This document shows, piece after piece, positions 18,267-28,394 of a DNA stretch of 64,000 nucleotides. Numbering within the stretch: position 1 is the first letter of the stretch; every line of letters starts with the position of its first letter. A program made the position numbers and the translations under genes. Below the pieces are notes generated by a model. The model was not told the origin of the DNA. It saw only the letters and a list, made by a program, of their open reading frames with translations, and did not search any database. Source of the DNA: Acidimicrobiales bacterium (GTDB taxonomy: Bacteria > Actinomycetota > Acidimicrobiia > Acidimicrobiales > Iamiaceae); NCBI GenBank assembly GCA_038233075.1, contig JBBSMQ010000001.1, positions 111,297 to 175,296 on the forward strand. The letters run 5' to 3'.

Positions 18267-19027
18267 CGGCGCCGGCCCCTGCGACCGCTCCGCGCGATCG
18301 GAGCTCCGGTTCGCCCCCCGGGTCGTTCCGTCGGCTCTACGCCGTGTTCCTGCGCCACCAGCTCACCTGGGGGCGGGCGGCGGTGATCCTCGGCCTCGGC
18401 GCCCTCGCCGTGGTGGTGGGCCTGGCCCTGCGCTCCGGCGCCGACGACCAGGTGACGGCGGGGACCGAGTTCATCAACGGCTTCGCCTTCACCACGGTGG
18501 TGCCCATCTGCGCCCTGGTGTTCGCCAGCTCGTCGCTGGGCGACACCGTCGACGACCGCACCCTGGTCTACCTGTGGCTCACCCCCGTCGGCCGGTGGCG
18601 CGTGGCCGGGGCGGCCACCCTGGCGTCGATCACCGTCGCCCTCCCGCTGGTGTTCGTGCCCCTCGTCCTGGCCGCGGCCGCCACCGGCGCCGGCCCGGCC
18701 CTCGTCGGCGCCACCGCCGTGGCCTGCATCGTGGGCACCGTCGGCTACGCCGGGGTGTTCGCCGCCCTCGGGCTCCGCGTCCGTCGAGCCCTGCTGTGGG
18801 GCATCGCCTACATCCTCATCTGGGAGGGCTTCGTCGCCACCGCCAGCGACACCGCGGCCAAGCTCTCGCTGCGGGCCTACACCGCCTCCATCCTGTCCCA
18901 GTACACCGGCGTGGGGCTCCGGCTCGGATCGCTCACGCTGGTCTCGGGCATCGTGGTCCCCCTCGTGGTCGGGGTGGCCTTCGTCGGGGTCACCACGTGG
19001 CTGCTGACCCGGGTCACGGTCGACTGA
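18263..19027 (+). CDS. ABC transporter permease (second copy)
   Basis: The ATG at 18263 forms an ATGA overlap with the ATPase stop. 254-aa hydrophobic protein (…AVILGLGALAVVVGLAL…YILIWEGFVATASD…) in the frame of track ORF 17375..19027. Confidence 0.75.
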   Translation: MTAPAPATAPRDRSSGSPPGSFRRLYAVFLRHQLTWGRAAVILGLGALAVVVGLALRSGADDQVTAGTEFINGFAFTTVVPICALVFASSSLGDTVDDRTLVYLWLTPVGRWRVAGAATLASITVALPLVFVPLVLAAAATGAGPALVGATAVACIVGTVGYAGVFAALGLRVRRALLWGIAYILIWEGFVATASDTAAKLSLRAYTASILSQYTGVGLRLGSLTLVSGIVVPLVVGVAFVGVTTWLLTRVTVD

Positions 19028-20349
19028 ACGCGCCCACCGGGACGACCGCGTCGCGGCGGGACATCCTCCGATTGGCGGTCCCGGCCCTGGGCGCGCTGGC
19101 GGCTGAGCCGCTCTACGTGCTGGCCGACACCGCCATCGTGGGCCACCTGGGGACGGCCCAGCTCGGTGGGCTGGGCATCGCCTCCACCGTCCTGCTGACG
19201 GCGGCGACCGCGTTCATCTTCCTCGCCTACGGGACCACCGGGGCGGTCGGTCGCCGCATCGGGGCCGGCGACGACCGGGGGGCCGTCCACGTGGCGGTGC
19301 AGGGGCTGTGGCTCGCCCTCGGCCTGGGTGTGGTGTCGGCGCTCGTCCTCGTCGCGCTCGGGCCCGCGCTCATCGGGCTGCTCGGCGGCCAGGGGGCGGT
19401 GGCGACCAACGCCCTGGTGTACCTGCGGATCTCCCTGGTGGGGATCCCGGCCCTGCTCGTCACCATGGCCGGCACCGGCTACCTGCGCGGCATCCAGGAT
19501 GCCCGCACCCCCCTCGTCGTGGCCGCCGCCACCGCGGCAGGCAACCTCGGCCTGCAGGTGGTGCTGATCGAGGGGCTCGGGTTCGGCATCGGAGCCTCGG
19601 CCCTCTCGACGGTGGTGGCCCAGGGCGCGGGGGCCGCCGTCTACCTGGTCAAGGTGCTGGGCGCCGCCCGCCGCCTGGGCGCAGCGCGGGGGCCGGACCG
19701 GGCGATCCTGGCCCGCCTGGCTCGCATCGGGCGCGACCTCCTCATCCGCACCGCAGCGCTGCGCCTGGCCTTCGGCGGGGCCACCGCGGTGGCGGCGCGC
19801 CTCGGGAACGTGCCGCTGGCCGCGCACCAGGTGGCCTTCGAGGTCATGATCTCCCTGGCCCTGGTGCTCGACGCGCTGGCCATCGCCGGACAGTCCCTGG
19901 TGTCAACCGCCCTGGGGGCCGGCGACAGCGCTTCCGCGCAGGCCACCGGCCGCCGCATCCTGGGGTGGGGGCTGGCGGCCGGCGTGGCGGTGGGGTTCGC
20001 CGTGCTCGTGCTGCGGGTGCCGATGGCCGGGCTGTTCAGCGACGACCCGGCGGTGGAGGCCCTGACCGCGGACCTGCTCGTCTGGGTGGCGGTGCTGCAA
20101 CCGGTGGCGGGAGTGGTGTTCGCCCTCGACGGGGTCCTCATCGGCGCCGGTGATCTGCGCTACCTGGCCCGGGCCATGGCCGTCGTGGGCATCGGCTTCG
20201 TCCTGCTCGCCCTCGGCGTGCTGCGGGCCGACCTCGGTGTGCTCTGGCTCTGGGCCGCGCTCGGCGTCATGCTCCTCGGCCGCCTCGTCCCCCTCCTGGC
20301 CCGCTTCCATCGCGGCGCCTGGGCCGTCGCCGGCATCGAACACCCGTGA
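18997..20349 (+). CDS. MATE family efflux transporter (DinF-like)
   Basis: Frame of track ORF 18064..20349. The family N-terminus RRDILRLAVPALGALAAEPLYVLADTAIVGHLG is followed by 12 predicted TMs. The start is uncertain (GTG at 18997, or CTG at 19024). Confidence 0.8.
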   Translation: MAADPGHGRLNAPTGTTASRRDILRLAVPALGALAAEPLYVLADTAIVGHLGTAQLGGLGIASTVLLTAATAFIFLAYGTTGAVGRRIGAGDDRGAVHVAVQGLWLALGLGVVSALVLVALGPALIGLLGGQGAVATNALVYLRISLVGIPALLVTMAGTGYLRGIQDARTPLVVAAATAAGNLGLQVVLIEGLGFGIGASALSTVVAQGAGAAVYLVKVLGAARRLGAARGPDRAILARLARIGRDLLIRTAALRLAFGGATAVAARLGNVPLAAHQVAFEVMISLALVLDALAIAGQSLVSTALGAGDSASAQATGRRILGWGLAAGVAVGFAVLVLRVPMAGLFSDDPAVEALTADLLVWVAVLQPVAGVVFALDGVLIGAGDLRYLARAMAVVGIGFVLLALGVLRADLGVLWLWAALGVMLLGRLVPLLARFHRGAWAVAGIEHP

Positions 20350-20429
20350 GGCTCCGGTCCTCGGTCCGTCATCTCACGGCGCTCGTCGATGCGGCGACAG
20401 GGAGCCGCGCTCGTCGAGGGTTCGCCGAC

Positions 20430-20977
20430 CTAGGCCACGCCCTGGTACAGGTCGTCGACATCCAGCTCGACGGCCGGGCAGTCCGGGGCCAGCGTGTCGC
20501 CGGGGCCCAGGACCGACTGGGCCCAGGTGTCGCCGTGGCAGCGGTGCACCTCGATCCGGGGGATGTCGGGATGAGCGACGAGGTAGGTGCGCAGGCTGGC
20601 GATCCGGGTGTAGTCGGCCAGCTTCTCGCGGCGGTCGATGGTCTCCGAGGACGGTGACAGGACCTCGACGATGAGGCAGGGCGCATCCTCGAAGCGGTCG
20701 TCGGGCGGGTCACCGCAGGCGACCATGACATCGGGGTAGTAGCCGTCGGCGCCGGCTCTCACCTTCATGTCGCTGACGTAGGCCCGGCACCCCTCGGCGA
20801 TGGCGGCGCCGCGGACGCCGGCGAGGACGCTGGTGGCGAGGAGGTTGTGGCGGCGCAGGGCGCCGTCATGGCGTAGACGTTGCCGCCCACCAGCTCGTGA
20901 CGGACCTCCGGGCTCGCCTCCTCGAAGGCCAGCCACGCATTGAAGTCGAGGTGCGCGGTCTCGGGGGTGCTCACCAC
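20430..20977 (-). pseudogene. Second Uma2 family endonuclease gene, frameshifted
   Basis: The N-terminal part VVSTPETAHLDFNAWLAFEEASPEVRHELVGGNVYAMT (frame of ORF 20765..21052) continues in another frame. That frame reads ALRRHNLLATSVLAGV...PDVMVACG...APCLIVEVLSPSSETIDRREKLADYTRIASLRTYLV (ORF 20430..20936). The shift is near 20862-20870. Confidence 0.6.
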
Positions 20978-21338
20978 CCCCAGGCTACCCCCGAGGTCGT
21001 GATCCGATCCCTGCTCGGAGTGGTGGCGGGCCCGTACCGGTGAACGTCCCACACGCCCCGACGTGCGTTCCGATCACCTCGTCGGCGCGGGCACCAGCAC
21101 CAGAGCGACGTGGCACCAGGTATCCTCCGTCGACGCCGATCGGTCCAGGGGGAGTGCGCGGTGAGGGATGCCAGTGCATCGACCGATCGTCGGACGAGAC
21201 GGATAGATGGGCGCCCACAGAGCGCCGGAGCGCCGCCTCTCCCAGCCTCGGCTGGCGCCTCGGCACCGTGCTGTCGCTGAGAGGCCTCGGGAGCGTCTCG
21301 TACGACTTTGCCACGTTGGCGCCTATCCGCTCGGCCTC

Positions 21339-22583
21339 TCAGAACAGGGTGGCGCAGTGGGGGGCGAGGTCGGTGTGGAAGAGGGCGTCGGCCACGGCCA
21401 ACGCGCCCGGCCGGTGCTCACACGCCCGACCCACCCGGGCCAGGGCCGACGGGGCCAGGTCTCCGAGGGCGATGGCGCCCAGCTCCTCGGCCCCCAGCGT
21501 GAGGTCGGCCTCGTCGCTGGTCGGCGCGACCTGGCCGGCGCCGTCGGCCTCGGCCTCGATGCGGAACCGTCCGCCCGACGCCGGCCGGAAGGCGTCGACG
21601 ACGTCGACCACGACCGTGCCCGCCCCGCCCCAGCGCCTCGGACCGAGGGCCGCCGGGACGTCGAGGATGCGCAGCCACAGCCAGTCCGACAGGGCCGAGC
21701 CCCGCACCCGACGGGTGTCGCGGGCGGCCAGCAGCAGAGGATCATCGAGGGGGGCGTGGAGAACGTCGACCTCGGCGTAGAGGTCGTGGGCCAACAGGCC
21801 CCGCCACAGAGCCAGGTGCACGGCGTCGTCGGCCGCCTCTACCCCGTCGACGCGGAGGGTGCTGGCCGGGAGCCGGTCGGGCCACCATGCCTCATGGGCC
21901 CGGTAGGTGGCCCAGCCGTCGACCTCGTCGGCGGGGTCGGTGTGGAGCAGCACCATGAGGGCGCTCCCTCCGTGGCGGTGGCTCGGCCGGTCGAGGAAGA
22001 CATGGGTCTCCCACCAGGCGTCCGAGCGGCCCACGGCCCCGGCCCGCCCGGCCCGGATGCGCTCGTAGGCGGCAGGCAGCACCGTGCGGGCCCGGTCGAC
22101 GGTGATCTGCTGGAGCCGACCCGGCGGCTCCGGGGCGTCGGCGCGGAGGCGGGCCCACGCCGGGTCGACGCGCAGGCGGAGGCCCCGGGTGGCCACGCCG
22201 TAGCCGAAGCGTCCGTAGATCGAGGCCTCCGACGCCGTGAGCACCGCCACCGGCTCGGGTCCGGCGGCCACGTCGTCGAGCTGGCGACGCATGAGCTCGG
22301 TGAGCACGCCCTGACGACGGTGGGTGGGGGCCACGCCCACCATGGTGACGCCGGCCGCGGGGACGACGGTGCCGCCGGGGAGGGTGAGGTCCAGGGTGAA
22401 GGCGCCGGTGGCACCCACCCACTCGTCGCCGTCGAGGGCCCCGATGCTGCGCGCCGGCTTCCACAGCATGCCCTCGTCCGCGATCGCCTCCGCGGTGGGC
22501 GCCGGATCGCCGAAGCCCCGCCACACCGGGAGCATGAACGGCTCGAGCTCGTCGACCCGGGGGACACGGAAGGTGAGGTCCAT
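21339..22583 (-). CDS. Eis-like GNAT N-acetyltransferase with C-terminal SCP2-like domain
   Basis: Track ORF 21339..22952 trimmed to the ATG at 22583 (MDLTFRVPRVDELEPF...). GNAT acetyl-CoA motif HRRQGVLTELMRRQL. 414 aa with the three-domain Eis architecture. Confidence 0.8.
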   Translation of the reverse strand: MDLTFRVPRVDELEPFMLPVWRGFGDPAPTAEAIADEGMLWKPARSIGALDGDEWVGATGAFTLDLTLPGGTVVPAAGVTMVGVAPTHRRQGVLTELMRRQLDDVAAGPEPVAVLTASEASIYGRFGYGVATRGLRLRVDPAWARLRADAPEPPGRLQQITVDRARTVLPAAYERIRAGRAGAVGRSDAWWETHVFLDRPSHRHGGSALMVLLHTDPADEVDGWATYRAHEAWWPDRLPASTLRVDGVEAADDAVHLALWRGLLAHDLYAEVDVLHAPLDDPLLLAARDTRRVRGSALSDWLWLRILDVPAALGPRRWGGAGTVVVDVVDAFRPASGGRFRIEAEADGAGQVAPTSDEADLTLGAEELGAIALGDLAPSALARVGRACEHRPGALAVADALFHTDLAPHCATLF

Positions 22584-22641
22584 GGGAAGATCCTGGTCGA
22601 CCGCGGGCCGACCAGCCCACCGGGTTCGCGGGACCAGCGGG

Positions 22642-24330
22642 TCAGGCGCAGCCGGTGATGATGCCCATGAGCTCCTGCGGCAGCTCGCCTCCGTCGCGGA
22701 TCTCCTGGTCGAGGTCGGTGAACTCCTCGAAGGTGAAGCGCGACTCGATCTCCCGTAGGGCGCAGGTACACGACTCGGAGGTGCCACCGGCCTCGGTGCA
22801 GGAGTCGGTGAACATCCGGCGGGCCGCCGGCGGGTAGGGGTCGCCTGCCGGCGCGGTGGTAGTGAGGTCGTCGGTGTTGCCCGCCCCCTCCGTGGTGGTG
22901 GTGGTGTCGTCCCGAGTGGTGGTGGTCGTCGCCTCCGAGGACGAGGAGTCACCGCTGCTCACGATGGACGCCAGCACCACGATGAGGACCACCGCGACCA
23001 GCGCGACGACCGCCACGATGGCCACGAGCCGGCCTCCGCCCGACCCCGGGGGGCCCGGGGCCGGAGCCCCGTAGCCGTACCCCCCACCGGCCGGGTAGGC
23101 GCCCGATGGCGGCGCCCCCGACGGTCCCCCGGGCGCGGGCCCGTAGGCGGCCGGGGCCGGGGTGCCGGCGTAGGGCGCCGGCGTGCCATCGACCGCGGAC
23201 GGGTCCGGCGTCGCCGCTCCGCCGGCTGCCACCGGCTGGCCGGAGGGCGTGGCCGGGCCCCCGGTAGGAGGCGGCGCGCCCGGGGGAGGGGCCACCGGCG
23301 GTGCCGGTGTCGGGCTCGGGGACCACGAGGGAGCCGCCGGTGTCGACGGGGCCGGGGCGGCATCCGGCGAGCCGTGGTCGCGCTCCGACGCGAGGTCGGC
23401 CGAGGCGGCACCGGCGGCTCTCGCGACCGGGGGCAGCCCCGGCATGAGGTCCGGATCGGTGTGGAGGGGGACCGAGGCGATGCCCCGCTGCTCCTGGAGG
23501 TGCTGGGCCCACTGGGCCGTCTCGAGGGCGGAGGCCGGACGCCGGGTCGGGTCCTTCTCCATCAGCCCGTGGATCAGCTGGGCGACGTCGGCGGGGACGC
23601 CGACGTCGGTGAGGGCGGGGGGCGCCTCGGTGCTGACGCGGTACATGATGGCGACGACCGACTCGTCGACGTCCTTCACGAACGGCGTCTGGCCCGTGGC
23701 CACCGCGCAGAGCATGGCCCCCAAGGCGTAGAGATCACTCGACGCCGAGGCCCGGTCGCCACGCAGCACCTCGGGTGCGGTGTAGGCGACGGTGCCAGTG
23801 ATGACGCCGGTGGCGGTGCGCTGACTGTCGCCGAAGCGGGCGATGCCGAAGTCCGCCAGCTTGTAGTCGCCGATGCGCGAGGTGAGGACGTTGGCCGGTT
23901 TGATGTCGCGGTGGAGGATCCCCGCCTTGTGGGCTGCCCCCAGCGCGTCGCACATCTGCACCGCGATGCGCAGCACCTCCTCGAGCGGTGCCGGGCCGTG
24001 GTCGCTCAGCTTGGCCTGGAGCGATCCCGACGGCAGGTGCTCCATGGCCAGGAAGGGCAGACCGTCCTGCGTGGCTCCTGCGTCGTACACGGTGACCACG
24101 TGCGGGTGCCACGACAGCGATCCGATGGCCTGGCACTCAGCCTCGAAGCGACGCTTGGCGTCGTCGTCGGTGGGGTCGACGTTGGTGAGCACCTTCAGGG
24201 CGACGGTGCGCCGCAGCTTGGGCTGGTGGGACCGGTACACGACGGCGAAGCCGCCCCGGCCCAGCTCGCGCTCGATCTCGTAGCCGGGCACGGCGGTGCC
24301 CCCCGATGACCTGTCGCCGGGCTCGCTCAC
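22642..24330 (-). CDS. Transmembrane Ser/Thr protein kinase (Hanks type)
   Basis: All catalytic motifs are intact: GRGGFAVVY, VALKVL, HRDIKPANVL, DFG and TVAYTAPE. A Pro-rich linker, one TM (LVAIVAVVALVAVVLIVVLASIV) and a Cys-containing extracellular C-terminal domain follow. Confidence 0.9.
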   Translation of the reverse strand: MSEPGDRSSGGTAVPGYEIERELGRGGFAVVYRSHQPKLRRTVALKVLTNVDPTDDDAKRRFEAECQAIGSLSWHPHVVTVYDAGATQDGLPFLAMEHLPSGSLQAKLSDHGPAPLEEVLRIAVQMCDALGAAHKAGILHRDIKPANVLTSRIGDYKLADFGIARFGDSQRTATGVITGTVAYTAPEVLRGDRASASSDLYALGAMLCAVATGQTPFVKDVDESVVAIMYRVSTEAPPALTDVGVPADVAQLIHGLMEKDPTRRPASALETAQWAQHLQEQRGIASVPLHTDPDLMPGLPPVARAAGAASADLASERDHGSPDAAPAPSTPAAPSWSPSPTPAPPVAPPPGAPPPTGGPATPSGQPVAAGGAATPDPSAVDGTPAPYAGTPAPAAYGPAPGGPSGAPPSGAYPAGGGYGYGAPAPGPPGSGGGRLVAIVAVVALVAVVLIVVLASIVSSGDSSSSEATTTTTRDDTTTTTEGAGNTDDLTTTAPAGDPYPPAARRMFTDSCTEAGGTSESCTCALREIESRFTFEEFTDLDQEIRDGGELPQELMGIITGCA

Positions 24331-24476
24331 TGGTGCTCCATCGCGTCATCAACCACACCCAGGACCTCGATCGTCGCCGAGCACCAATGAGCGCCGTCGG
24401 CTCCCCAAGCTCCGCCGCCGGAGAGCCCGCGCCGTCTGGCTCGCTCGCTACGCTCGCTCACTGGTGCCCCATCGCG
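24321..24476. repeat. 25-bp direct repeat (24/25 identical) duplicating the kinase start region
   Basis: GCTCGCTCACTGGTGC(T/C)CCATCGCG lies at 24321-24345, which contains the GTG start of the 22642..24330 kinase and its GGAG. It recurs at 24452-24476, exactly where MFS homology ends. Confidence 0.85.
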
Positions 24477-24975
24477 CTGGGTGATGACGAACATCGACCC
24501 GAACAGGGCGAAGAACACCATGGTGATCGCCATGCTGGCGGCGGTGAAGCGACGGTTCTGGAAGAAGCGCACGTCGAGCATCGGGTGCTCCGAGCGCAGC
24601 TGCCACCCCACGAACGCGGAGAGGGCCAGGACGGCGACGGCGAACGCGCCCACCACCTCGGGGTCCGACCATCCGACCGCAGGGGCCTCGATGATGGCGT
24701 AGACGAGGGAGCCCAGGCCGACGATCGAGAGCACCGCGCCCAGCGGATCGAGGGGTGAGGGGGTCTCGCTGCGGCTGTTGGGCAGCAGGAAGTAGCCCGC
24801 CGGCACCGCGACCAGGGTCACGGGATGTTGACCAGGAACACCGAGTGCCAGCAGAAGTGCTCGAGGAGGTCGCCACCAAGCAGCGGCCCGATGGCGATGC
24901 CGAGGCCCGAGACACCGGCCCAGACGCCGATGGCCCGGGCCCGCTCCTCACCGCGGGGGCGTTGCGGGTGCCGTC
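24327..24975 (-). pseudogene. Remnant of an MFS (EmrB/QacA-type) transporter: truncated at both ends and frameshifted
   Basis: On the minus strand, just after the gatB stop, the sequence reads [44 protein letters not shown], then a TGA. The next frame (ORF 24327..24821) continues TLVAVPAGYFLLP...LDPLGAVLSIVGLGSLVYAIIEAP...FFQNRRFTAASMAITMVFFALFGSMFVITQ. TM1-4 and the C-terminal half are missing. Confidence 0.6.
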
Positions 24976-24986
24976 GTGGGCGGGGG

Positions 24987-26471
24987 TCAGCCGCCGGAGC
25001 GGGCGCGGAGCAGGGCGGTGACGGCCTTGCCGTCGGCCTGGCCCGCAGACGCCCGCATCACCTGGCCCACGAAGAAGCCGGTGAGCTTGCCCCGGGTCTT
25101 GTCGTCGCCGGTGGTGAACTGCTCCCACTCGTCGGGGTGGCCGGCGATCACCTCGTCGACCATGGCCTCCAGGGCGCCGGTGTCCATGGCCTCGAAGCCC
25201 CGGGCCGCGGCGATGTCGGCCGGCGAGGCGTCGGAGGTCACCATCTCGCCCAGCACCGCCTTGGCCTGGGTCGCGGTCAGCGCCCCTGACGTCTCCAGGG
25301 CGACGAGGTCGGCCACCCGATCGGGGGCCACCGTGGCCCCGCCGTCCCCGGAGAGGTTCTGGCTCACGTGGACCAGCGCCCGAGTCGGGTCGGCACCAGC
25401 CTCGATGGCCCCGCGCGCCTGGACGTCCTGGCCCCGTTCCACGATGAGGGCCACCGTCTCGTTGGGCAGCCCCACCCCGGCGGCATCGGCCAGGGCGGCG
25501 CGTCGGGCCGCGGGCATCGGGGGCAGAGCGGCGCAGATCTGCTCGACCCAGGCTGGGTCGGGGTCGACGGGGAGCAGGTCGGGCTCGGGGAAGTACCGGT
25601 AGTCGTCGGCCTCCTCCTTGGAGCGCATCTTGGACGTCCGCCCCGTGCCCTCGTCCCAGTGCCGGGTCTGCTGCTCGACCGCATCGCCGGCGGCGAGCAG
25701 GTCGGCCTGGCGCTGGGCCTCGTACTCGATGGCTCGCCCGAGGCTGCGCAGCGAGTTGAGGTTCTTGATCTCGCAGCGGGTGCCGAGGACATCGGACCCC
25801 ACCGGACGGACCGACACGTTGGCGTCGACCCGCAGTGAGCCCTCCTCCATCTTCCCGTCGCTGACCCCGGCGGCCACCAGGATCGACCGCAGCTCGTCCA
25901 CGTACTGACGGGCCTGCTCCGGGGTGCGGACGTGCGGGCGGGAGACGATCTCCAGCAGGGGCACGCCCGCCCGGTTGTAGTCGACGAGGGAGTGGTCGGC
26001 CCCGGCGATTCGCCCCGCCCCCCCGACGTGCGTGGACTTGCCGGTGTCCTCCTCCAGGTGGGCCCGCTCCAGGCCGACTACGTGGCCGCCGGGGAGCTCG
26101 ATGCGGCCCTCGCTCACGATGGGGAGGTCGTACTGGGAGATCTGGAAGTCCTTGGGCATGTCCGGGTAGAAGTAGTTCTTGCGGGCGAACACCGATCGGC
26201 GGACCTCGCCGCCGACGGCACCGGCGAACCGGACGGCCAGCTCGACGGCCCTCTCGTTGATCACCGGCAGCGAGCCCGGCAGCCCGAGGGTGACGGGGTC
26301 GACGTTGGTGTTGGGCTCGTCGCCGAAGCGGTTGGGCGCACCCGAGAACATCTTGGTGACGGTGGCCAGCTCGGCGTGGACCTCGAGGCCGCACACCAGC
26401 TCGTAGGTCGTGGTCCCGGAGGTGACGGTGTGGATCTCGTCGGAGTCGACGGTGCTGAACACGATCGTCAT
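24987..26471 (-). CDS. gatB: Asp-tRNA(Asn)/Glu-tRNA(Gln) amidotransferase subunit B
   Basis: 494 aa with the N-terminal region [28 protein letters not shown], characteristic of GatB. Downstream of gatC-gatA. Confidence 0.95.
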   Translation of the reverse strand: MTIVFSTVDSDEIHTVTSGTTTYELVCGLEVHAELATVTKMFSGAPNRFGDEPNTNVDPVTLGLPGSLPVINERAVELAVRFAGAVGGEVRRSVFARKNYFYPDMPKDFQISQYDLPIVSEGRIELPGGHVVGLERAHLEEDTGKSTHVGGAGRIAGADHSLVDYNRAGVPLLEIVSRPHVRTPEQARQYVDELRSILVAAGVSDGKMEEGSLRVDANVSVRPVGSDVLGTRCEIKNLNSLRSLGRAIEYEAQRQADLLAAGDAVEQQTRHWDEGTGRTSKMRSKEEADDYRYFPEPDLLPVDPDPAWVEQICAALPPMPAARRAALADAAGVGLPNETVALIVERGQDVQARGAIEAGADPTRALVHVSQNLSGDGGATVAPDRVADLVALETSGALTATQAKAVLGEMVTSDASPADIAAARGFEAMDTGALEAMVDEVIAGHPDEWEQFTTGDDKTRGKLTGFFVGQVMRASAGQADGKAVTALLRARSGG

Positions 26472-26523
26472 CGGGTGCTCACCTCGGGAGGAGGAACGTG
26501 GAGGTCGGAGGGGGGTGGGATCG

Positions 26524-27972
26524 TCACGGGGCGGCCGCCTCCAGCACCTGGGCGGTGCGGAGCAGCTCGACCTCGCCCCGCGCCGGGGCCATCACCTGCA
26601 CGCCGATGGGCAGACCGTCGGCCCCCACGCCGAAGGGCACGGACACCGCCGGATCGCCCGAGAGGTTCGAGGGGATGGTGCACACGTCGTTGAGGTACAT
26701 GGTGAGCGGGTCGGCCGTCTTGTCACCCAGGGCGAAGGCGGTGGTGGGCGAGGTGGGCGACAGCAGCACGTCGACCTCCTCGTAGGCGGCGGCGAAGTCC
26801 CGGGTGATGAGGGTGCGCACCCGCTGGGCCTGGCCGTAGAAGGCGTCGTAGTAGCCCGCCGACAGGGCGTAGGTGCCGAGCATGATGCGGCGCTTCACCT
26901 CGGCGCCGAAGCCCTGGGTGCGGGTGGCGATCATCATCTCGTCGGTGGTAGCGGCATCGACGCGCAGCCCGTAGCGGTCCCCGTCGAAGCGGGCCAGGTT
27001 GCTGGAGGCCTCGGCCGGGGCGATGAGGTAGTAGGCCGACAGCCCGTAGGTGACCGCCGGCACCGACACCTCCTCGACCTTGGCCCCGGCGGCGGCCAGG
27101 ACGTCCGCCGCGGCGCGGGTCTGGGCCGCCACTTCGGGGGCGACACCCTCCATGGCCAGCAGCTCGGACACCACGCCGACCCGGAGACCGTCGACGCCCT
27201 CGTGGAGAGCGCCCAGGTAGTCGGGCTGGGCGTCGGGGGCGGAGGTGGCGTCACGGGGATCGGGGCCGCCGACGACCTGGAGGGCGACGGCGGCATCGGC
27301 CACCGTCCGGGAGAAGGGACCGATCTGGTCGAGGCTGGAGGCGAAGGCGATCAGCCCGTAGCGGCTCACCCGGCCGTAGGTGGGCTTGAGCCCCACGACC
27401 CCGCAGAGAGCGGCAGGCTGGCGGATCGAGCCCCCGGTGTCGGAGCCGAAGGCCAGGGGGACGAAGCCGGCCGCCACCGCGGCGGCGCTGCCGCCCGACG
27501 AGCCGCCCGGCACCCGGGTGGTGTCGTGGGGGTTGCGAGTGGGGCCGAAGGCGGAGTTCTCGGTGGAGCTGCCCATCGCGAACTCGTCGAGGTTGGTCTT
27601 CCCGACAGCCACCGCGCCGGCGGCGGTGAGACGCTCGACGACGGTGGCGTCGTAGGGCGGCACCCAGCCCTCGAGGATGCGGGAGGAGCAGGTGGTGGGC
27701 ACCCCCCGGGTGCAGAGGTTGTCCTTGAGCGCCACCGGCACCCCGGCCAGCGGACCCGGGTCCTCGCCGGCGGCGACCCGAGCGTCGACGGCATCGGCTG
27801 CGGCCCGGGCGCCATCGGCGTCGACGTGGAGGAAGGCGTGGATCTCGCCGTCCCCCATCTCGATGGCGCTGAGGTGCTCGTCGACCAGCTGGCGGGCGGT
27901 CCACTCGCCGGCCCGGACGCCGGCCGCGATCTCTCGGGCGGAGATGTACGAGGAGTCCGAGGGCCCGGTCAC
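26524..27972 (-). CDS. gatA: Glutamyl-tRNA(Gln) amidotransferase subunit A
   Basis: Track ORF 26524..28293 trimmed to the GTG at 27972, 10 nt after the gatC stop. Amidase signature [14 protein letters not shown] and [26 protein letters not shown]. Confidence 0.95.
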   Translation of the reverse strand: MTGPSDSSYISAREIAAGVRAGEWTARQLVDEHLSAIEMGDGEIHAFLHVDADGARAAADAVDARVAAGEDPGPLAGVPVALKDNLCTRGVPTTCSSRILEGWVPPYDATVVERLTAAGAVAVGKTNLDEFAMGSSTENSAFGPTRNPHDTTRVPGGSSGGSAAAVAAGFVPLAFGSDTGGSIRQPAALCGVVGLKPTYGRVSRYGLIAFASSLDQIGPFSRTVADAAVALQVVGGPDPRDATSAPDAQPDYLGALHEGVDGLRVGVVSELLAMEGVAPEVAAQTRAAADVLAAAGAKVEEVSVPAVTYGLSAYYLIAPAEASSNLARFDGDRYGLRVDAATTDEMMIATRTQGFGAEVKRRIMLGTYALSAGYYDAFYGQAQRVRTLITRDFAAAYEEVDVLLSPTSPTTAFALGDKTADPLTMYLNDVCTIPSNLSGDPAVSVPFGVGADGLPIGVQVMAPARGEVELLRTAQVLEAAAP

Positions 27973-27982
27973 CGGTGCACCA

Positions 27983-28285
27983 TCACGGGGCCTCGCCCAG
28001 GATGGTGGGGACCCGGAAGCGATCGTCCTCGGCGCGGGGAGCCGAGGCCAGCACCTCGGCCCGATCGAGGGTGGGCCCCTCGACGTCGGGGCGCAGCACA
28101 GTGCCCAGGGCCAGGGGGTGCGCGGTCGGGGCCACGTCGGCCAGGTCCAGGGCCTCGACGTCGGCGGCGTGGTCGAGCACCGCCTGGAGCTGGGTGGTGA
28201 AGGTGTCCAGCTCCTCATCGCCGAGCGCCAGCCGGGCCAGGCGGGCCACGTGGGCCACATCGTCTCGGGTGATCCTCTCGGCCAT
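27983..28285 (-). CDS. gatC: Glutamyl-tRNA(Gln) amidotransferase subunit C
   Basis: 100 aa starting [33 protein letters not shown], the typical GatC N-terminus. First gene of gatCAB. Confidence 0.9.
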   Translation of the reverse strand: MAERITRDDVAHVARLARLALGDEELDTFTTQLQAVLDHAADVEALDLADVAPTAHPLALGTVLRPDVEGPTLDRAEVLASAPRAEDDRFRVPTILGEAP

Positions 28286-28394
28286 GGCCGCATCGTAGGC
28301 GGGCTCCCAACAACCCCCGACGAGGTTCAGCCCACTGCGGGCTCTGGACGGGTGATGTCACATGGGTCGTCCAGGCGTCCAAGGCGCAGGTCGG

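Noticed and set aside
20985-21314. 109-aa minus-strand ORF (MAKSYETLPRPLSD...) in the gap between the Uma2 pseudogene and the Eis-like gene.
   Set aside because: It has no coding-type GC3 bias, no recognisable motif and an Arg/Pro/Gly-rich composition. It is treated as non-coding.
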